A stretch of 64,000 nt of DNA from Haliotis cracherodii (Eukaryota), in the NCBI RefSeq assembly GCF_022045235.1, contig NW_027266270.1:27156001-27220000 (forward strand). Direction: 5' to 3'. Shown here piece by piece: positions 23,915 through 37,080 of this stretch (positions are counted from its first letter, which is position 1; the number at the start of each line of letters is the position of its first letter). The notes under the pieces are model-generated. The model worked only from the letters and a program-made list of their open reading frames with translations. It did no database searches and had not been told where the DNA came from. The position numbers were made by a program, and so were the translations under genes.

Positions 23915-26372
23915 GGTGAATAGGTTATGGGTATAGGCTGCTGAAGCTGAGAAGGAGATGAGTATAGGCTGCTGGAGCTGAGAAGGGGATGAGTGTAGGC
24001 CACTAGTGTTGGGAAGGGGACGAGTGTCTACTGTAAGGGCTGAGAAGGAGATGAGTAGAGGCTGCTGGAGATGAGAAGGGGATGAGTGTAGGCTGCTGGA
24101 GCTGGGAAGGGGATGAATGTAGGCCACTATAGTGTTGCAAAGGGGTTGAGTGTAGGCTGCTAGAGCTGAGAAGGAGATGAGTGTAGACTACTATGGCTGA
24201 GAAGGGGATGAATGTAGGCTGATAGAGCTGTGAAGGGGGTGAGTGTAGACTGCTATGGCTGAGAAGGGGATGAGTGTAGGCCACTAGTGTTGAGAAGGGG
24301 ATGAGTATAGGCTGCTGTAGCTGGGAAGGGGATGAGTATAGGCTGCTAGAGCTGAGAAAGAGATGAGTATAGGCTGCTAGAGCTGAGAAGGAGATGAGTA
24401 TAGGCTGCTAGACCTGAGAAGGAGATGAGTATAGGCTGCTAGAGCTGAGAAGGAGATGAGTGTAGGCTGCTAGAGCTGAGAAGGGGATGAGTATAGGCTG
24501 CTAGAGCTGAAAAGGAGATGAGTGTAGGCTGCTAGAGCTGAGAAGGGGATGAGTATAGGCTGCTAGAGTTGAGAAGGAGATGAGTGTAGGCTGCTAGAGC
24601 TGAGAAGGGGATGAGTGTAGGCCACTAGTGTTGAGAAGGGGATGAGTGTAGGCTGCTAGAGCTGTGAAGGGGATGAGTGTAGACTGCTATGGCTGAGAAG
24701 GGGATGAGTGTAGGCCACTAGTGTTGAGAAGGGGATGAGTGTAGGCTGCTAGAGCTGTAAAGGGGATGAGTGTAGACTGCTATGGCTGAGAAGGGGATGA
24801 GTGTAGGCTGATAGAGCTGAGAAGGGGATGAGTGTAGGCCACTAGTGTTGAGAAGGGGATGAGTGTAGGCTGCTAGAGCTGTGAAGGGGATGAGTGTAGA
24901 CTGCTATGGCTGAGAAGGGGATGAGTGTAGGCCACTAGTGTTGAGAAGGGGATGAGTATAGGCTGCTGGAGCTGAGAAGGGGATTAGTATAGGCTGCTAG
25001 AGCTGTGAAGGAGATGAGTGTAGGCTGCTAGAGCTGAGAAGGGGGTGAGTGTAGGCTGCTAGAGCTGTGAAGGGAGTGAGTGTAGGCTGCTAGACCTGAG
25101 AAGCGGATGAGTATAGGCTGCTAGACCTGAGAAGGGGTTGAGTGTCGGCTGCTAGAGCTGAGAAGGGAATGAGAAGGGGATGAGTGTAGGCTGCTGGACC
25201 TGAGAAGGGGATGAGTGTAGGCTGCTAGAGCTGAGAAGGGAATGAGAAGGGGATGAGTGTAGGCTGCTGGACCTGAGAAGGGGATGAGTGTAGGCTGCTA
25301 GAGCTGTGAAGGAAATGAGAAGGGGATGAGTGTAGACTGCTGGACCTGAGAAGGGGGTGAATGTAGGATGCTAGAGCTGTGAAGGGAGTGAGTGTAGGCT
25401 GCTAGAGCTGAAAAGGGAATGAGAAGGGGATGAGTGTAGGCTGATAGAGCTGTGAAGGGGGTGAGTGTAGGCTGCTAGAGCTGTGAAGGGAGTGAGTGTA
25501 GGCTGCTAGAGCTGAGAAGGGAATGAGAAGGGGATGAGTGTAGGCTGCTAGAGCTGTGAAGGGGGTGAGTGTAGGCTGCTAGAGCTGTGAAGGGGACGAG
25601 TGTAGGCTGCTAGAGCTGTGAAGGGGACGAGTGTAGGCTGCTAGAGCTGAGAAGGGGATGAGTATAGGCTGCTAGAGCTGAGAAGGAGATGAGTATAGGC
25701 TGCTAGAGTTGAGAAGGAGATGAGTGTAGGCTGCTAGGGCTGTGAAGGGGACGAGTGTAGGTTGCTAGACCTGAGAAGAGGATGAGTATAGGCTGCTAGA
25801 GCTGTGAAGGGGACGAGTGTAGGCTGCTAGAGCTGAGAAGGGGATGAGTATAGGCTGCTAGAGTTGAGAAGGAGATGAGTGTAGGCTGCTAGGGCTGTGA
25901 AGGAGATGAGTGTAGGCTGCTAGAGCTGAGAAGGGGATGAGTATAGGCTGCTAGAGCTGTGAAGGGGACGAGTGTAGGCTGCTAGAGCTGAGAAGGGGAT
26001 GAGTATAGGCTGCTAGAGTTGAGAAGGAGATGAGTGTAGGCTGCTAGGGCTGTGAAGGAGATGAGTGTAGGCTGCTAGGGCTGTGAAGGAGATGAGTGTA
26101 GGCTGCTAGGGCTGTGAAGGGGACGAGTGTAGGTTGCTAGACCTGAGAAGAGGATGAGTATAGGCTGCTAGAGCTGTGAAAGGGACGAGTGTAGGCTGCT
26201 AGAGCTGAGAAGGGGATGAGTATAGGCTGCTAGAGTTGAGAAGGAGATGAGTGTAGGCTGCTAGGGCTGTGAAGGAGATGAGTGTAGGCTGCTAGAGCTG
26301 AGAAGGGGTGAGTGTAGGTTGCTAGACCTGAGAAGAGGATGAGTATAGGCTGCTAGAGCTGAGAAGGGGATG
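23915..26372. repeat. 31-bp purine-rich minisatellite, about 78 units
   Basis: Unit gagtgtaggctgctagagctgagaaggggat, with variant units recurring in multi-unit blocks. Confidence 0.97.
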
Positions 26373-26641
26373 TGAATACAATGGGGGTGATTGTTTTAAT
26401 AAACAAATGCTCTAGTGTCTTCAAGAGAGACTCCTGAACCAACTACAATCATTATTCACTCACTCTCTCTGAAATCTTCCTGAACTGTTGATGCAGAATA
26501 TATGGGTATTGTTGCAATTGAAAACATACTTTCTTTTTTTCAAAGAAAGATATTGTATCTTATATTAATAGGCTGAAATTAATCAGTTTGGCCTTTTGAG
26601 AAAATAGCTTTAAAGATTAGTCTAATCTTAATGAATAAAAG

Positions 26642-26697
26642 TTAACAGTTAATTTTTAAAGCTTGTGGTTTAACAGTTAATTTTTAAAGCTTGTGGT
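26642..26697. repeat. Exact 28-bp tandem duplication
   Basis: ttaacagttaatttttaaagcttgtggt occurs twice. Confidence 0.9.
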
Positions 26698-27586
26698 AAT
26701 TATAGTCAAACCATATCCAGACATGAGAATGAAAATGTGTTTGTTTATTAATGTCCCATATGTAAACAAAACTCTAAATAAAATTAGGTGTACCCTTTCC
26801 TGTGTTATTTCTGGTATTTTTATTGAAATAGATATTATCATGTGATGTTCGGAATAACAGCTAAAAACATCCTTTCAGTTTGGGGGGAAAACTGCGAAGT
26901 GGCTATACAGTGAAAAAAGCCTATCATTTTATGATCAAATTTCATAGTGTTATTGTTGGACCTAAGCCCTCTTCTGGTGTGTGAGTGGGTGTTTATTGTC
27001 TCGAAGTTCTACACAAATAAATATTTTCCACAATAGTTATGATATTAGATTCCCAGGCGTCTGGGGATAAGCAAAGTTGTGGGGTTTCCCCGCTGCGTAT
27101 TTTGGCACACGTTTGTTGTAGTGATAGCAACAGGAAGGAGGAACGTGGCCTTCTGTCTGGAGCTGGATTATTTTCATAGATATTATAGGTACAAATAAAA
27201 AGAATTATTAGCCAGATATTCAGTTGAATCACCCTGACTACATCATCAGTTGTTCTCGAGGTCCTTTGACCTACTGTTTAAGGCATTTAATATATCCTCT
27301 TCTGATCAAAGGCCAAAGGCTAAGATCCAGATGATAGCTAATTCATTGTGTGATTAGGAATATAGTACATGTAGATCAGTGCGGTAGTCGGTGTATACGT
27401 GTACATCAGTGGTGTTGACTTGGCATCAGTGTAGTGTTTCTCACATAGGACTGGGTTTGATAAGGGGACACTATTGTATGTTTCAGTTTATGGAATTGAA
27501 GCTGAAAACTACAATCCCGAATCAGAACATAACGTGAAAATACTTAAAATTTATTTTCATTGGCATTACTGCGCTCTGATGGATCA

Positions 27587-27815
27587 GGATGGTCGGGTAG
27601 CCTCGTGGTTAAAGTGTTCGCTCATCAGGCCGAAAACCTGGATTCGATTCCTGACATGAGTACAATGTGTGAATCCCATTTCTGGTGTCCCCCGTCGTGA
27701 TATTGCTGGAATATTGCTAAAATGGCATGAAACCATACTCACTCACTCACTCACTCACTCACTCACTCACTCACTCACTCACTCACTCACTCACTCACTC
27801 ACTCACTCACTCACT
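27587..27815 (+). mobile_element. SINE family A with an expanded (ACTC)n tail of about 20 units
   Basis: Family A body, with tgatggatc present on both flanks. Confidence 0.92.
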
Positions 27816-28845
27816 GTGATGGATCTGAAAAATAAAAAATACAACTTAAAACAGCACCTAAGATCTATTCAACCTATCAAAGCTAACCAGTTACGAAAAC
27901 AATTATAGATGTCTATAAGCAAGGTTTCACCTTCTTGTACACAGACGGACAAATAATGGAAGTCTCACCGCATGTGTATAATTTTCACATGACATTCACC
28001 ATACTGAAGATATTATTTACACACAAGTCATTCCATAAAGAAATTACAAGAGATTATCCATGGCATAGGCAAAAATAAATTTTGTACATTCATTATTTAC
28101 AGAAGGTGTAAAGAAACTATTGCTATAAAATCCTTCTGTGTCTTCATAATTCTTTTGACTACTTTTGAATGAATAAATTATGCTCTTTAAATAGCATTGA
28201 AAAACTTAAAGCAGAAGGAGGTTTGGCAAAATTTATCAAAACTAAAATATGGTATGGGGCCATGACAAAATGAGAGTTCTATTTTTTTCAAATAGTTTTT
28301 TTATATATTTCAACATTATTTAGGGACTAGTAATTTATTATAGGGAAGTGGGGAAACCATGAAAAAATGTAACATGAAGTGGGGGACTCTAAAATTATAA
28401 TACAGTCCGAAGGCCTATCTCGCACACACGCACAGGTTCACACCGTAAATCATCCCAGTTGGGCTGGGCTCCTTGTAAAAGATCATACCAGAGATCATCT
28501 TAAAAGGGTGCCAGTTAAAATTGCAAGACTTTAATCCTCAGTTTCATTATTGTCACAGACAGGCCAAATGCATTCTTATACAGGTGGATTGTCGTATCTG
28601 CCAAATTCCAGTTAAATCGGTGCAAACACCACATCTGAGCTTTGCATGGTCTCTATGGTATGGTCCCACAAGAGCTGGCGGTACGTGTTTTTCTGTACTG
28701 TTTTCACTCTTGATGAGGTGATATGCTTGTAGTTAACCAGTGTTGTTGTTGACATATTGGGACCATGCTGCTTTGAGATTGTCAAATATATGTCTGGAGA
28801 TGGGTTCTATTATCATATGCCTCACCCATGGTCAGTAAAGAGTTT

Positions 28846-29132
28846 GGGGGCATGGGTGGCCCATTCATCTAAAGCGCCATATTTCGCTTTGCACAGTTGC
28901 GTCCCTTGGACACGCCAGAAACCTTTGATTGTTGTTTGAATCCCGATTCGTCCTGATTATGTTTCTAGGTTTGTCAGCACCATACCCATGCTCGGGGGTT
29001 TCACCAAAGTGGTAAACGTCTAAGACCTGCATCACTTTCGGATTTCCTCCTTTCGTCCCGATATGACTGGAATACTGTTAAAAGTGGCATTAAACCCAAC
29101 TCACTCACTCACTCACTCACTCACTCACTCAC
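28846..29132 (+). mobile_element. SINE family C
   Basis: Collinear with 11088-11367, with aaagagttt on both flanks and an (ACTC)n tail. Confidence 0.9.
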
Positions 29133-29395
29133 AAAGGAAAGAGTTTATGCACCCTATAATTCAAGTTTATGTACTGATGAACATTTATCTAACCAGATAG
29201 ATATATTCTTATTTATCATCACATTGTTCATTGCAATGAATCTCTTCCAGTGTCTCAATGCTGTTTTCTCTGTGTTAACTGAAGAGAAGAGCGCTTAAAT
29301 TCATGTACCAGTACATAACACTGTGACATATTATCCAGTCTGAAAAATATATAGAGGATATCTTATTATATACTTTTTGTAAAGCTGTCTACCAG

Positions 29396-29502
29396 GGCCC
29401 CGTTCCACAAAGCGATTTTAGCGCTAAGTTGATCGTAAGCCTATGATAAAGCATGGGAGTTACGACCAACTGAGCACTAAGATCGCTTTGTGGAATGGGG
29501 CC
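29396..29502. mobile_element. 107-bp PIF/Harbinger-type MITE, copy 2
   Basis: TIRs ggccccgttccacaaagcgat and atcgctttgtggaatggggcc, flanked by CAG and CTG (CWG). The internal sequence matches 2896-3002. Confidence 0.85.
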
Positions 29503-30680
29503 CTGAAAATTTTATTATTTCATTACAAATGTAAAACCTTGAATCGTAAATTCTCCCTACCTAACACACTGGGATGGTCCACCACCCCTTGTATTTGTGA
29601 CTAAAAAAGTAGTTTCGTGTTTGCAAAATCTTAAAAAATAGAAACAAAAGTAACAAAAAATATTTAGGGTCCCGAAAATTCTGTATCATACATATAGCAA
29701 TGATTATAGACAAAATCAACTTTAACCTAAAATATTCTTGGAAAACTTTGAGATACACGCTGGTCAAGTAACAAAAATCACTCTTTGTGAAACAAACAAT
29801 CTTGATTGACGAGTTAAATGAGAAATTTGCAGTATATAACGAAACATTTTCAAGAGAATAACAAATGGCATTAAGCGATGTTTACTCCATAATTGACCAT
29901 CTGTCATGTCAATGTGGAACTTACGTAAAAAGGACGTGAACAGTTTGTGTACAGGCCATACACTTATGATAAAGGCGGAGGATTTGAGGGGAGGTCATTC
30001 TTGTATGACAACAATTCCATCAAAGTGTTATGTTCACAGCGGTGAAATATCAAGTGTTATGTTCACTGCAATGAAAATTTCACTCTTCTTAAATTCGGAA
30101 TGCTCAGTCTTTCACACTGAAGTATATAATGAAATTATAAATTTAATTGAATGTAGGAATTCATAGTGCAATAGGGATATCTCGCATGATTATAAAATAA
30201 TTAGCATGTGTCCAACAAAGTAACATCAACAATCGCTGCCCTGCATTGTTCCCTACTGACATGGTGAGCTTCAGTACATTTTCGAGTTGTCTGCACGGAG
30301 GGTTTATATAACAATAAGATCTTGTCTCAGTGATGAGCAGCTCCTCACTACACAACGTGGCTTCAAAATCTATTCAGAGATTGGTCTTATGATTTAAGAC
30401 AAATCTACTGTGAGCATCAGCTTGCTTCCTTGATTGGGCGGAAATCTCGGAATTACGCACAGCCCGGCTTTTTGCTTTTGATAGTAATTGCTTCGCTCTC
30501 CAGAAGGATATTAATACGAGGACAAATCCAACATCCAAATTGACATTTTTCCGCCAGTTTCCATCAGCGAATCTCAACCAATTAACCAGTTGCAGTCAAG
30601 TGCGATAAGTTAAATGGACAAGAACAAAAGCAAGCAATTTGAGCAAAACCAGGCAATCAAACAGGAAAAGTATCTTCTCT

Positions 30681-30698
30681 CACCACTAGAGGGAGCTC
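30681..30698 (+). promoter_or_regulatory. Candidate CTCF-binding site
   Basis: caccactagagggagctc closely fits the CCASYAGRKGGCRS core. This is a motif match only. Confidence 0.4.
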
Positions 30699-31224
30699 TC
30701 AAGACCAGAACTGACAAACGGTATAATTAGGCAAACTTGTGGATAATTGCAGGGCTATTTACTGACTATTTCCCATCTTCATCATGATAACCTTTGTTCA
30801 TGGCCTTAAGATCCTTTGCTGGGCTTTCATTTCATGTGTAAGTCCTTGAAATATCTCTGTAATTGAACTCAAATAGAATTTTTTTCAAGATGTTAGGTCT
30901 GCTGTGAAAAAGATCTAAATCATCTGAATTGAAAATGGCTTCAATGTTTGGAATTGTAAATGTTTAACTTGGCAAGGCAGGAAACTTGCAATATTTGTAT
31001 GTGTGATATCCAATCAGCAGATTATGTTGCTAGGTTACCTGACATTGATTCAGTTTTTGCAAAAGTGTAGGTTAAATACCGACTTAGTGGCTAGTTTTAT
31101 CATTTATCACACAGATTACCCTAGTCTGAAGGACAACATGGTTAGATAATGTAAACCTATTTTTGTCATTTCATGGTGTTATCCGAAAGGGGTTCTTGGA
31201 GTACAATAATACAGGTCATGCGTA

Positions 31225-31757
31225 ATGCGAAACATATCTCGCCACACTGGCCACACTACAATACATATCTCAATACACTTGTCGGGATAAGATACATATC
31301 TGGATACATTGGCCACAATACGGTACATATTTAGATACACTGGTCACGATACAATATGTATCTCGATACACTAGCCATGATACAATACAGATCACAATAC
31401 TCTGGCCATGATACAAAACAAAGCGGTTGGGTAGCCTAGTGGTTAAAGCGTTCGCTTGTCACGCTGAAGACCCGGGTTCGATTCCCGACATGAGTACAAT
31501 GTGTGAAGCCCATTTCTGGTGTCCACCATGATATTGCTGGAATATTGTTAAAAGCGGCGTAAAGCCATACTCACTCTCTCACTCATGATACAATACAGAT
31601 CTGATATCGATATGATACATATTTAGACACACTGGTCTTGATACAATATGTATCTCAATACACTGGTCACGATACAATACAGATCTCGATACACTGGTAT
31701 CGTTACAATATGTATCTTGATACACTGGTATCGATACAATATGTATCTTGATACACT
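31225..31757. repeat. Degenerate 31-bp tandem repeat (gatacactggtcacgatacaatatgtatctc) interrupted by a SINE
   Basis: gatacaata and gatacact motifs recur at about 31-bp spacing. Confidence 0.8.
31423..31583 (+). mobile_element. SINE family A inserted in the 31-bp repeat
   Basis: Family A sequence, with catgatacaa.aca on both flanks. Confidence 0.92.
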
Positions 31758-32978
31758 AGTGAGATTGATGTTTGGTAGTGAGGTGGGTGTTTGGTAGCAA
31801 GTTGGGTGTTTGGTAGTGAGGTGGATGTTTGGTAGTGAGGTGGATGTTTGGTAGTGAGGTGGATGTTTGGTAGTGAGGTGGGTGTTTGGTAGTGGGCTGG
31901 GTGTTTGGTAGTGAGGTGGGTGTTTGATAGTGAGGTGGATTTTTGGTAGTGAGGTGGGTGTTTGGTAGTGGGCTGGGTGTTTGGTAGTGAGGTGGGTGTT
32001 TGATAGTGAGGTGGATTTTTGGTAGTGAGGTGGGTGTTTGGTAATGAGGTGGATGTTTTGTAGTGAGGTGGGTGTTTGGTAGTGAGGTGGGTGTTTGATA
32101 GTGAGGTGGATTTTTGGTAGTGAGGTGGATGTTTGGTTGTGGGATGGGTGTTTGGTAATGAGATGGATGTTTGGTAATGAGATGGATGTTTGGTAGTGAG
32201 GTTGATGTTTGGTAGTGAGATGGATGTTTGGTTGTAGGGTGGGTGTTTGGTAGTGAGGTGGATGTTTGATAGTGAGATGGATGTTTGGTAGTGAGATGGA
32301 TGTTTGGTAGTGGGATGGGTGTTTGGTAGTGAGGTGGGTGTTTGATAGTGAGGTGGATTTTTGGTAGTGAGGTGGGTGTTTGGTAGTGGGCTGGGTGTTT
32401 GGTAGTGAGGTGGGTGTTTGATAGTGAGGTGGATTTTTGGTAGTGAGGTGGGTGTTTGGTAATGAGGTGGATGTTTTGTAGTGAGGTGGGTGTTTGGTAG
32501 TGAGGTGGGTGTTTGATAGTGAGGTGGATTTTTGGTAGTGAGGTGGATGTTTGGTTGTGGGATGGGTGTTTGGTAATGAGATGGATGTTTGGTAATGAGA
32601 TGGATGTTTGGTAGTGAGGTTGATGTTTGGTAGTGAGATGGATGTTTGGTTGTAGGGTGGGTGTTTGGTAGTGAGGTGGATGTTTGATAGTGAGATGGAT
32701 GTTTGGTAGTGAGATGGATGTTTGGTAGTGGGATGGGTGTTTGGTAGTGAGATGGATGTTTGGTAGTGAGATGGATGTTTGGTAGTGAGGTGGATGTTTG
32801 GTTGTGGGGTTGGTGTTTGGTAGTGAGATGGATGTTTGGTTGTGGTGGATGTTTTGTAATGAGGTGTTGTGTTTGGTAGTGAGGTGAATGTTTGGTTGTG
32901 GGGTGGGTGTATGGTTATGAGGTGAATGTTTGGTTGTGAGATGGATGTTTGGTTGTGAGGTGGGTGTTTGGTAGTGAG
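31757..32978. repeat. 19-bp G/T-rich minisatellite, about 64 units, with a 418-bp higher-order duplication
   Basis: Unit ggtagtgaggtggatgttt. The variant string starting at 31923 recurs at 32341. Confidence 0.97.
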
Positions 32979-33779
32979 CCCCCTGAAACAGTGGTAACAG
33001 TTGTCATGATCTATTATAATGGAATTTACATAAGCATACCATCAAGTGATGAGGACACAAGACACCTGAATTATTTGTGAGAGCACTTATAAATACAGGG
33101 AGCTGAATATGTGGAATATAGTACATCCTTTTACCTTGATATGACTGTGGCCTTCAGAACCCATCAGCTTTTTAAGCTAGGGAAGCCTACATCTTCTTCA
33201 TCTCATCAATCACAAGTGATTTGGGATGCATGGGAAGGCTCATGTATTTCAACACACCTATCAAGGTCAGCTTACTATATGTTTGGAACGATTGGTTGAA
33301 GATAATGAGGCCCTTTTCTGCTCTGTGTCTGCATTGGATATTGAATTGAATCTGAGGAATTATCTTAATAAAATATTACAGAAAGGAGCCCAGAGTTGCT
33401 CTTCATTTCAGCAGTAATCTAGACTTGCCAACATTTTAGACTTACATGAGATGTGTTGGATATATTTGTTTGAGGGTCTGTTTGGATGACTATGGTGGGT
33501 CAGTCATCTCAATCACTCACTTGCACTCTCAACCGCTCACCTTCCTGGCCAGTCTCCCTCAGACAAATGTCCATGGCTATAGAACTATAGAAATGTTCAA
33601 CAAATTTATTTGGTTAAACCTCAGCCCTAAATATTTATTCAGAACCTTGATTGAACCACAAAGATCATTAGTACTACAGAAGAAAGGGCTAATGTTGCGT
33701 CTGCAATTAAGAACACTCTTTAGACTCATATCAGTAGTTCAATTTCCATCTGCAAAGAAATTGTAACATGGCTTGCCAT

Positions 33780-34160
33780 CAAGACCGAAACAACTCGATG
33801 GAGGCTGGAAAATCAGGAAACAAAGTATGACCATTCATCTTTAAGATGGAACTGCCATGATGGACAGACATGTTCTCCATCGTTGAACCTGTAACAAGCC
33901 GAGGCAGAGATACAACAATTCCCATTACATATATCGCCTCGTCTCGAAGGGCTACAAATGAAGATGTATCCACCACAACCCGAAACCTGATTAAGATGTA
34001 ATTCTTCCACATCTGCATCCCCAAGTTTGAAAGGTATCTGTTGGAATGAAATGCGTTTACAAATAAAATCGCAAGTCTGCTAGTCGGTAACTAGGGTTGA
34101 CAGGCAAGGGCAGAGCAGTAATAGGGTGATTATTCCGTCTATTAAAGGCAAAGGTGCTAT
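33780..34160 (+). pseudogene. Highly decayed CR1/L2-like LINE ORF2 start (apurinic endonuclease N-terminus)
   Basis: Reading across frameshifts gives RNLIK...SLKGICWN..(F)TNKIA and RVDRQG...VII, which resemble the WN.RS..NK and R.DR...GGGV motifs of LINE endonucleases. Confidence 0.35.
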
Positions 34161-35356
34161 TGACCAGGCAGGGATTACCTCTTCAGATTTGTTATCAAGT
34201 TCCCCATTAGCCACGACTTCCTTCAGTGTGGAACATGATGTAAAAATCTCAGTAATGAGCACGTCTTTAGTACAAGCCCTGATGCTCAGCTTCTAATGTA
34301 ATCAATCTTGAGCTAGTTTCATTTGGATGCTATAGAGGTTTGCAATTTGATAATTTCTCCTGGATTCACCCTGATTGTGGCATTCCGTCCATAGGAAGGA
34401 AGGACCTTAAATCGGAGACCAAAAAAGTTGGATCTGTCGTGAAGGGTGGTCTAATTCTAGCCATTATTTGTCCGTTTCAGCTGTATCTAAATGCTGCCTA
34501 ATGAAGCTGTGTGCGGTAATGAGGGAGGGAAGGGAAAGAGGTGGGGCAGTGATACACATACGGCTTTCCCACAAGGCCGCACAGAGACCCTACTAATGAG
34601 GGTCATTATAAATGTCTTCTGCTTGGGGCGCAGCAGGAATGGACGTCTTGTTGATCTTATATTTTCACCTGTTTGGAAGGACTTAAGCAAATATTGATGT
34701 CAAGGGTATAAGAAATTAGAAAAATGTGTGAGACGACTAATTAGAAACTATTGTTGAGATTCACCATGTGGTGGTCTATGTTGGGTGTCTGGGCTGTGTT
34801 TGGGTTCAAGTTAAAGTGCTGCTGAGACTTTTTAACTGGATTGTTTCAATGATATTATGGTTATGTAACAATCTTCCCCAAAACCACATGTCTCCCTTGG
34901 GAGTTCTTGCCCTGCACCTTGCTTGTCTCCCAGTAGGGATGTCTGTGTTAGACACATGCTCAATCTCTGAAAATATACTACCCAAAAGAAGTTAAAGATG
35001 TGTGGTAATATGAAAGATTTGGGTGTTCTGTAACTTCTCTGGAGTAGTATGTATTATATTTAAACTGAAAAGGGGTCCCAGTGAGATGGGAGACACCTGT
35101 GGAAAATCTAGACTTATTTCATTTAGAGTAGTCTGTCTTACAGACCCTGATACAAATATATGTCAAATACAGCCGATGCAAATCTATAATATTTGGCAAG
35201 TCTAGATCACTGCAGTAAAATGAATAGAGTCACTGGGCTCCTTTTTATTATATTTGTATTAAGATAACTGAACAACTGTTTTTTTCTGTACGATATGTTA
35301 ATTTCAGAGACTAGATGTTAGTCTACATTTAGAGCTTTATAGTTTTAAAGCAAAGG

Positions 35357-35482
35357 TGGGAGGGACAGACTACCTTGTGGTTAATGGATTTGGTTGTGGC
35401 ATGAAGTTCCAGGTTTGATGACCCACATGAGAACAGTTTGTAGATTTGTGCTCTCACCCACTGTTGTAATGGTGAAATATTA
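35357..35482 (+). mobile_element. Very old SINE A-like relic
   Basis: ccttgtggttaa...ccaggtttgatgacccacatgagaaca. Confidence 0.45.
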
Positions 35483-36131
35483 AGGTTACATATTGGTTAG
35501 TGGTTCTCATAAGCTGATATTTGAATTCAGGCCTCTGACACTTGTCAATAGAAATACCCAAATTGAAATTAAAACCATTCCAATTTAGGTAATTATGATT
35601 TGGGAAAAGTTTAGTTTTTCAGAGATGATAGTTATTTTATTGATAACAGGACTAATAAGAGGCAAATGGCTTTTCTCTTTTTTAAATAAATGAAATGCCA
35701 AAATACTTCTGAATTTAAGAAATAAAGAAATCACAATTCATTTTGTAATGAGAAAATAGTATTTTTGTCAAACATTTGCCTGCTAAAAGCTGCATGAAGA
35801 GGATCTGGGGTACAAAATGGCTTCCAAGTTAGAATTCTCACCTTGATTTGACTTGAATACTGTACAGTCATAGAGGAGGAGGAAGCTTTTTTTCAGTTTG
35901 AGATAGGTGTTTAATAAAGCTTGTATATTTGTTAACTGACAAGTATTTATTGACAGTTTTTCTGTGATGTTTCCATGGAGATAAACCAGCTAATGACATT
36001 GTTAGTGTCAATCCAATATCATACATGATATAGTGATAATAAAGAAAATCACAGCTTTTCTGCAGTAATCACAGTTTCCATGAAGATTGTAAATGTTTCA
36101 TTTGTAAACTTTGAGATACTACAATTTTGAT

Positions 36132-36302
36132 TTGACATGCCTTTGCATGTGTTTGTGATGGATGACACCAGTGGGGCAGGATACACATTTTCGCAAACTC
36201 ATGACTATTTGATTCATAAACACATGCTTATGATATAATCTAAATCATACAACGGCCTCTGCTTTTAGCAGAGATTTCTTATGAATATGGAAAGGGTTTT
36301 GT
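36132..36302 (+). mobile_element. Dispersed repeat family F, copy 1 (possibly Penelope-like terminal region)
   Basis: Aligns with 59778-59964 and, inverted, with 58392-58438. Confidence 0.7.
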
Positions 36303-36639
36303 TTTGCTTTTATTATCATGAAATATGACATTTTACAGGCTATGAAACTAACACCACAGTGAGTGCAATAGGTGTATTACACTGCAAGTATATCACTGGC
36401 CTGGAGAGGGCACACTCCTCACCCAAGTGGGAAAGGAGGTTCTACTTTGGGTGTTTGGCCAATGAAAAGGTATTAAAATCTTTATCAGCCTGCAGGTCAT
36501 TAAATCATGCCTTTTTGTATTTTTTAAGGTGAGCCATTAACTTGGTAAATTCTTGATATTTTATGTCAATTTTAAGATTCAGATTTTAGCTTTAAAGTTA
36601 TATTTCCTTGCCTAAATTACGAAGCCATGATTGCTAAAC

Positions 36640-36737
36640 ATTTGTTTGTTGTTTAATGTTGTCCTTAGCAATATTCCAGGTGTATGATGTTTGTATTAAA
36701 TATTGGAGTCTGGACCAGATGATCCAGTGATTGACTG
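36640..36737 (-). mobile_element. Family B 3' fragment
   Basis: tttgtttgttgtttaatg...agcaatattccag...gagtctggaccagatgatccagtgattga. Confidence 0.7.
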
Positions 36738-36913
36738 TTTGCTTAACAGTTTTAATTAGTATTCTGCCTACCTAGAAAATAAGGGAAAGATTAAATAAAT
36801 TTCTTGTGGACCTGTTCATTCTGAAGGACATACTGTTTTCTTTAATCAACATCTTACAGAAGCTGTTTACTTTAGTTGACTCTCACATCATCCATCATTT
36901 CTGATCATATCTT

Positions 36914-37080
36914 GGGTGGTCGGGGTAACCTAGTGGTTAAAGCATTTGCTCGTCACACTGAAGACCCGGGTTCGATTCCCGACATGGGTAAAATGTGTGA
37001 AGCCCATTTCTGGTGTCCCCCACTGTGATATTGCTGGAATATTGCTAAAAGTGGAGTAAAACCTCACTCACTCACTCACT
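36914..37080 (+). mobile_element. SINE family A
   Basis: Near-consensus copy with an (ACTC)n tail. Confidence 0.92.
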
